From assembly GCA_000025185.1 (NCBI GenBank), contig CP001848.1, positions 3,330,001 to 3,362,000 of the forward strand: a DNA stretch of 32,000 nt, written 5' to 3'. Under the pieces are notes generated by a model. The model saw nothing but the letters and a program-made list of their open reading frames with translations. It was not told where the DNA came from and ran no database searches. This document shows positions 28,669-32,000 of this stretch, piece by piece. Origin of the DNA: Pirellula staleyi DSM 6068. Lineage in GTDB: Bacteria; Planctomycetota; Planctomycetia; Pirellulales; Pirellulaceae. Every line of letters begins with the position of its first letter. The first letter of the stretch is position 1. A program made the translations under genes and the position numbers.

Positions 28669-29838
28669 ATGCCTCCGCAGGTAATCGACGTACAAAACTC
28701 CGACGACCCACGCGACGTAGTGCATCGAGCCGTGCAAGCGTTGGTCGAGGGGCGTGTTGTCGCGTTCCCCACCGAAACGGTGTACGTCGCTGCTGCCTCG
28801 GCTCTTAATCCTGCAGCGGTGGGGCGGTTGCTTGAACTTCGTGGCGGCTCTGCTGATATTCCCCTCTCGATTGCCCTACGCAGCACCGACGACGCACTCG
28901 ACTATGTCCCCACCATTCCCTCGCTCGGAATGCGACTTGCCCGGCGCTGCTGGCCTGGCCCGATGACCCTCGAATTGGCCGACGCTCATCCCGACAGCGT
29001 TGTGCAGCGTCTGCCACCCTCGGTAAAAAAAGTGATTTCACCTCTCGGGAATGTGCGGCTTCGTGTGCCGGCTCACGCCCTGCTCAGCGAGGTCCTCAAA
29101 CTCCTGGCCGGTCCGCTCGTGATCACAGCCGCTCGACCCGCTGGCGCTTCCGACCCGATCACGGTCGAGGATGTCGTTCAAAAAGCAGCCAACCACGTCG
29201 ATTTGGTCCTGAATCACGGCCGTTGCCGCTTTGGCCAACGTGCGAGCGTGGTCCGGGTTCTCAATTCTTCGCTCGAAATCCTGCGCCCCGGGGTGATCTC
29301 GGAGGCGAATCTTCGCCGCCTCTCGAGCTGGATGGCGGTGATGGTTTGCACCGGAAACACGTGCCGCAGCCCAATGGCTGAAGCACTGCTGAAGAAGCGT
29401 TTGGCCGACCATCTCCAAGTGCCGATCGACGCGCTCGAAGACCACGGATACATGGTGATGAGCGCCGGAGTGGCTGCTGCACCAGGTGGCCGAAGTGCCA
29501 ATGAAGCGGTGATGGTGATGCGCGAGCGTGGGCTCGACGTTTCCCAGCACGAAAGTCAGCCCCTCACCGACCGGCTCGTCCGCTTTGCCGACGTCATCAT
29601 CACCATGACACGCGGACATCGCGAAGCAATCGTACAGAACTGGCCCGAAGCTGCTTCCCGCGTGCACGTTCTATCGCGTGGACGCTCGGATGTGGCCGAC
29701 CCGATTGGTGGGCCGCTCGATCTTTACCGCCGCTGTGCCGACCAAATCGACGAATTACTCGAGCCCTGGCTCATGGATTTCGATCTTCCCGAGCCCCCTG
29801 CGGGGGAGAACCCGCCAGCCGATCCCTCCAACAACTGA
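28669..29838 (+). CDS. Fusion protein: an L-threonylcarbamoyladenylate synthase domain (TsaC/YrdC) plus a low-molecular-weight protein phosphatase domain (LMW-PTP / YwlE-like).
   Basis: Within track ORF 28597..29838 I prefer the ATG at 28669 (MPPQVIDV). The N-terminal half has VVAFPTETVYVAAASA, PLSIAL, WPGPMTLEL and LRVPAH (YrdC fold). The C-terminal half has VMVCTGNTCRSPMAEALL (the CX5R(S/T) P-loop) and DVADPIGG (the catalytic Asp loop). Confidence 0.8.
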   Translation: MPPQVIDVQNSDDPRDVVHRAVQALVEGRVVAFPTETVYVAAASALNPAAVGRLLELRGGSADIPLSIALRSTDDALDYVPTIPSLGMRLARRCWPGPMTLELADAHPDSVVQRLPPSVKKVISPLGNVRLRVPAHALLSEVLKLLAGPLVITAARPAGASDPITVEDVVQKAANHVDLVLNHGRCRFGQRASVVRVLNSSLEILRPGVISEANLRRLSSWMAVMVCTGNTCRSPMAEALLKKRLADHLQVPIDALEDHGYMVMSAGVAAAPGGRSANEAVMVMRERGLDVSQHESQPLTDRLVRFADVIITMTRGHREAIVQNWPEAASRVHVLSRGRSDVADPIGGPLDLYRRCADQIDELLEPWLMDFDLPEPPAGENPPADPSNN

Positions 29839-29969
29839 TCGCTGCTCGGTAGAATAGCAATGCGGCGTTAGTTTTCGAACTTTTCGCGCGAGCCTCGACC
29901 GGGTGATCTTGGTCGCTCTCTTTCGATCCGAAAGTGGCTCCCGCTATTTCTTTACGGCGATATCCTCTC

Positions 29970-30416
29970 ATGCGTATTTCGATTGGCAGCGATCATCGTG
30001 GTGTTAAGTTGCGAGCCGAGCTCGTCGACGCTCTCAAAGCCGCTGGCAACGAAGTGGCCGACGAAGGCACGTTCCAAACCGAAAGCATGGACTATCCGGA
30101 TGTCGCCGAGGTGGTCGCTGGCAAGGTCTCCAAGGGGGAGGCTGAGCGCGGGATTCTGATTTGCGCCACCGGTGTAGGGATGTCGATTGCCGCCAACAAA
30201 GTGGCCGGTGTCCGAGCTGCGGTGATTCAGGACGAAGCAGTCGCCAAGCTCAGCCGCCAGCACAACAACCTAAACGTTCTCTGCCTGCCGGGCGATGCAC
30301 TTTCGACCGATGCCGCCACCAGCTTGGTGAAAACCTGGCTCAGCACCGAGTTCGAAGGGGGGCGTCACGCTCGCCGACTCGAAAAGATCTCGCACCTCGA
30401 GCAGCACCAAGGCTAG
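29970..30416 (+). CDS. rpiB: Ribose-5-phosphate isomerase B (RpiB/LacA/LacB family).
   Basis: Within track ORF 29934..30416 I prefer the ATG at 29970 (MRISIGSDHRG). The motifs are ILICATGVGMSIAANKVAGVRAA and RQHNNLNVLCLPG...FEGGRHARRL. Confidence 0.85.
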   Translation: MRISIGSDHRGVKLRAELVDALKAAGNEVADEGTFQTESMDYPDVAEVVAGKVSKGEAERGILICATGVGMSIAANKVAGVRAAVIQDEAVAKLSRQHNNLNVLCLPGDALSTDAATSLVKTWLSTEFEGGRHARRLEKISHLEQHQG

Positions 30417-30473
30417 CTCCCAGCAATTCGAGCGTCAGCAGTTCGGCGCACTCGTGCGAACTCAAGAAACGAC

Positions 30474-30518
30474 CAAAGGCTGTGAAGATCGATTGATCCT
30501 CACAGCCTTTGATTTTGT
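30474..30518. terminator. Bidirectional hairpin terminator between the convergent rpiB and lipoprotein genes.
   Basis: CAAAGGCTGTGA-agatcgattgatcc-TCACAGCCTTTG is a perfect 12-bp stem. It is followed by ATTTTGT on the + strand and by T-rich sequence on the - strand. Confidence 0.6.
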
Positions 30519-30560
30519 ACTTCGCAGTTACTCGCAAACCCCTGAACCCCAACCCCGTGG

Positions 30561-31136
30561 TTAGAAGTTCGCTCCGGCACCAGTGTCAACGTTACCCACC
30601 ATGTGGAAGTGGTTGTGATCGATGTAGATCACTTCCTGAGCATCTTCGTCCACCAGGGTGTGAGGTACTGGCCAGCCTACGCGAGTGGTTTCGCTGTAGT
30701 AAATCGTGCATTTGTAGTGAGCATGGTGCAACTGCACAGGACCGAGCAGCGGCACAACGCGTGGGGGATCGACATAGTCGGCGATCTTCTCTTTCACGAT
30801 GCGAACGTTGTTACGCGAACGTTCGTGAAGGAAGGGGAGGCCACCTTGGATGGGATTGGCCTTCTCCCAAGCGCGAACCACTTCGTCGTCGCTGGGTGGG
30901 TCGAGAGCGACCGCTGGGCCACCAGGAAGAATCGGGCCCAGAATCGGAGCACGCTCGTAGCGCTCGTGATTCCAGAACTCATCTTCCTTCTTCTTTTGGA
31001 AGTAAGGGCTGACAGGAATGGGTATTCCAACTAGCCCCAATTCGACGCCACTTGTCATGCCAATGCATCCTGTTTGGCAGAGCGATAACGCTGCCATCAT
31101 GATGCAGACTGCTGCTAGGGCGATCCTGTGAAACAT
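30561..31136 (-). CDS. Hypothetical lipoprotein.
   Basis: 191 aa. MFHRIALAAVCIMMAALSLCQTGCIG has a signal peptide with lipobox-like LSLC/QTGC cysteines. No family was recognised. Confidence 0.65.
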   Translation of the reverse strand: MFHRIALAAVCIMMAALSLCQTGCIGMTSGVELGLVGIPIPVSPYFQKKKEDEFWNHERYERAPILGPILPGGPAVALDPPSDDEVVRAWEKANPIQGGLPFLHERSRNNVRIVKEKIADYVDPPRVVPLLGPVQLHHAHYKCTIYYSETTRVGWPVPHTLVDEDAQEVIYIDHNHFHMVGNVDTGAGANF

Positions 31137-31502
31137 GACACTGATCCTCGGTGATCGGGGCCGGCCTGGAAGCTCGACGATGCGGAGTAACTGGTGCGAA
31201 TCCCAACATTCTCGCGATGCCTGATAACCAGCCGGCGGATGCCTGCTCGTTATCCGAAACTATTTATCGTGTGAATCTGGGTGGAACTTGCGGAATTTTC
31301 CGGATGTAGCGGAAATTCCGATTCCTCACGCGAGCTTGTATCGACCTCCCACCCCGGCGAGTTGAATTAGTTTCAAGTTTTTGGGCAATTTCATGTTCCG
31401 TCGAGCTAGTTCGACCTGCAATCACAAACTGCTAGCAGCAAATCGTTAAACGGAGCCTAGTTCCACAGCTCGCGGGCACCGATGAAAGCGGGCTCAAGAA
31501 AA

Positions 31503-31538
31503 CGAAAAACCCCTGCTAGATCTGGGTTCTAGCAGGGG
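31503..31538 (-). terminator. Rho-independent terminator downstream of the right-edge gene.
   Basis: On the minus strand: CCCCTGCTAGA-acccaga-TCTAGCAGGGG, a perfect 11-bp stem, followed by TTTTTCGTTTTC. It lies about 65 nt after the stop at 31603. Confidence 0.75.
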
Positions 31539-31602
31539 TCTGACGTTACGAACTTCGGTTTTTCAGCTGGCCACTCGTCCGCCGTGAAGCGGGCGATGTT
31601 TT

Positions 31603-32000
31603 TTAGTGGCGGCGGTCTTTGAAATCGAGGAACCACCAACCGTCGTCCCATTCCAGGGTGACTTTACGCCATCCGAGTGGAACCTGTGGATAGGGGTAGA
31701 ATGGGCCGATGTAAGGCCAAGCGGTAGGCGAGTACTGCTTGGGGTAGGTTACAGCTGCATAGTTAGGATGCGAAGCGTAGCTCGGCCAGGCATAACCAGG
31801 CATCGAGGGATGATCGTAGCGAGCGGGAGCCACGCCCATGCCGGTGCCGGCAGTGTGCATTGGCATTGGCTGGCCAGGCATGCCCATTGCTTCGCCTTGG
31901 TGCGAAACGGTCCGAGCTGGTGCAAAAGCCATCGGAACGGCCGAGCGAGTGCCAGCATAAACTGGAACTACAGCGCGAGGCTGAGCTTGAGCTGGTGCGT
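31603..32000 (-). CDS. Partial CDS (C-terminal part; continues beyond the right edge). Pro/Tyr/Trp-rich hypothetical protein.
   Basis: The track lists 31603..31932. However, the frame stays open upstream to position 32000 (my translation is ...APAQAQPRAVVPVYAGTRSAVPMAFAPAR...). The C-terminus is YPKQYSPTAWPYIGPFYPYPQVPLGWRKVTLEWDDGWWFLDFKDRRH. Confidence 0.6.
   Translation of the reverse strand, partial: APAQAQPRAVVPVYAGTRSAVPMAFAPARTVSHQGEAMGMPGQPMPMHTAGTGMGVAPARYDHPSMPGYAWPSYASHPNYAAVTYPKQYSPTAWPYIGPFYPYPQVPLGWRKVTLEWDDGWWFLDFKDRRH

Overview
This window looks like chromosomal DNA from a Planctomycetota (Pirellulales-like) bacterium; that assignment is an inference from gene content and rRNA organisation, not from any search. 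About 24 protein genes are supportable. From left to right they are:
- a partial sigma-70-like gene that runs off the left edge;
- a secreted hypothetical protein;
- a small accessory patch on the minus strand (full-length yjbQ, an SMI1/KNR4 gene, a 5'-truncated second yjbQ copy, then a 199-aa unknown);
- two ThuA-domain genes, DUF2071, a glycerophosphodiesterase and a Tat-signal Gfo/Idh/MocA oxidoreductase;
- a roughly 1.25-kb low-GC island bounded by a 17-bp inverted repeat;
- a large TlpA/thioredoxin-like protein;
- an rRNA locus that lacks 16S (tRNA-Ile-GAU, tRNA-Ala-UGC, a roughly 890-nt spacer, 23S, a short 5S, terminator);
- a small zinc-ribbon gene and a secreted PA-IL/LecA-like protein;
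- an acyl-adenylate ligase whose stop overlaps (ATGA) the start of a SAM methyltransferase, with a divergently transcribed acyl-CoA dehydrogenase;
- ispD, a YfbM/DUF1877-like gene, a TsaC(YrdC)-LMW-phosphatase fusion, rpiB, a lipoprotein, and a Pro/Tyr-rich partial gene at the right edge.

No CRISPR array, transposase or recognisable defence system was seen. The three most unusual items are the yjbQ / SMI1-KNR4 / truncated-yjbQ 'displaced cassette' architecture, the ligase-methyltransferase / dehydrogenase lipid-modification module, and the inverted-repeat-bounded low-GC island. All family assignments come from motif recognition by eye and need HMM or BLAST confirmation.
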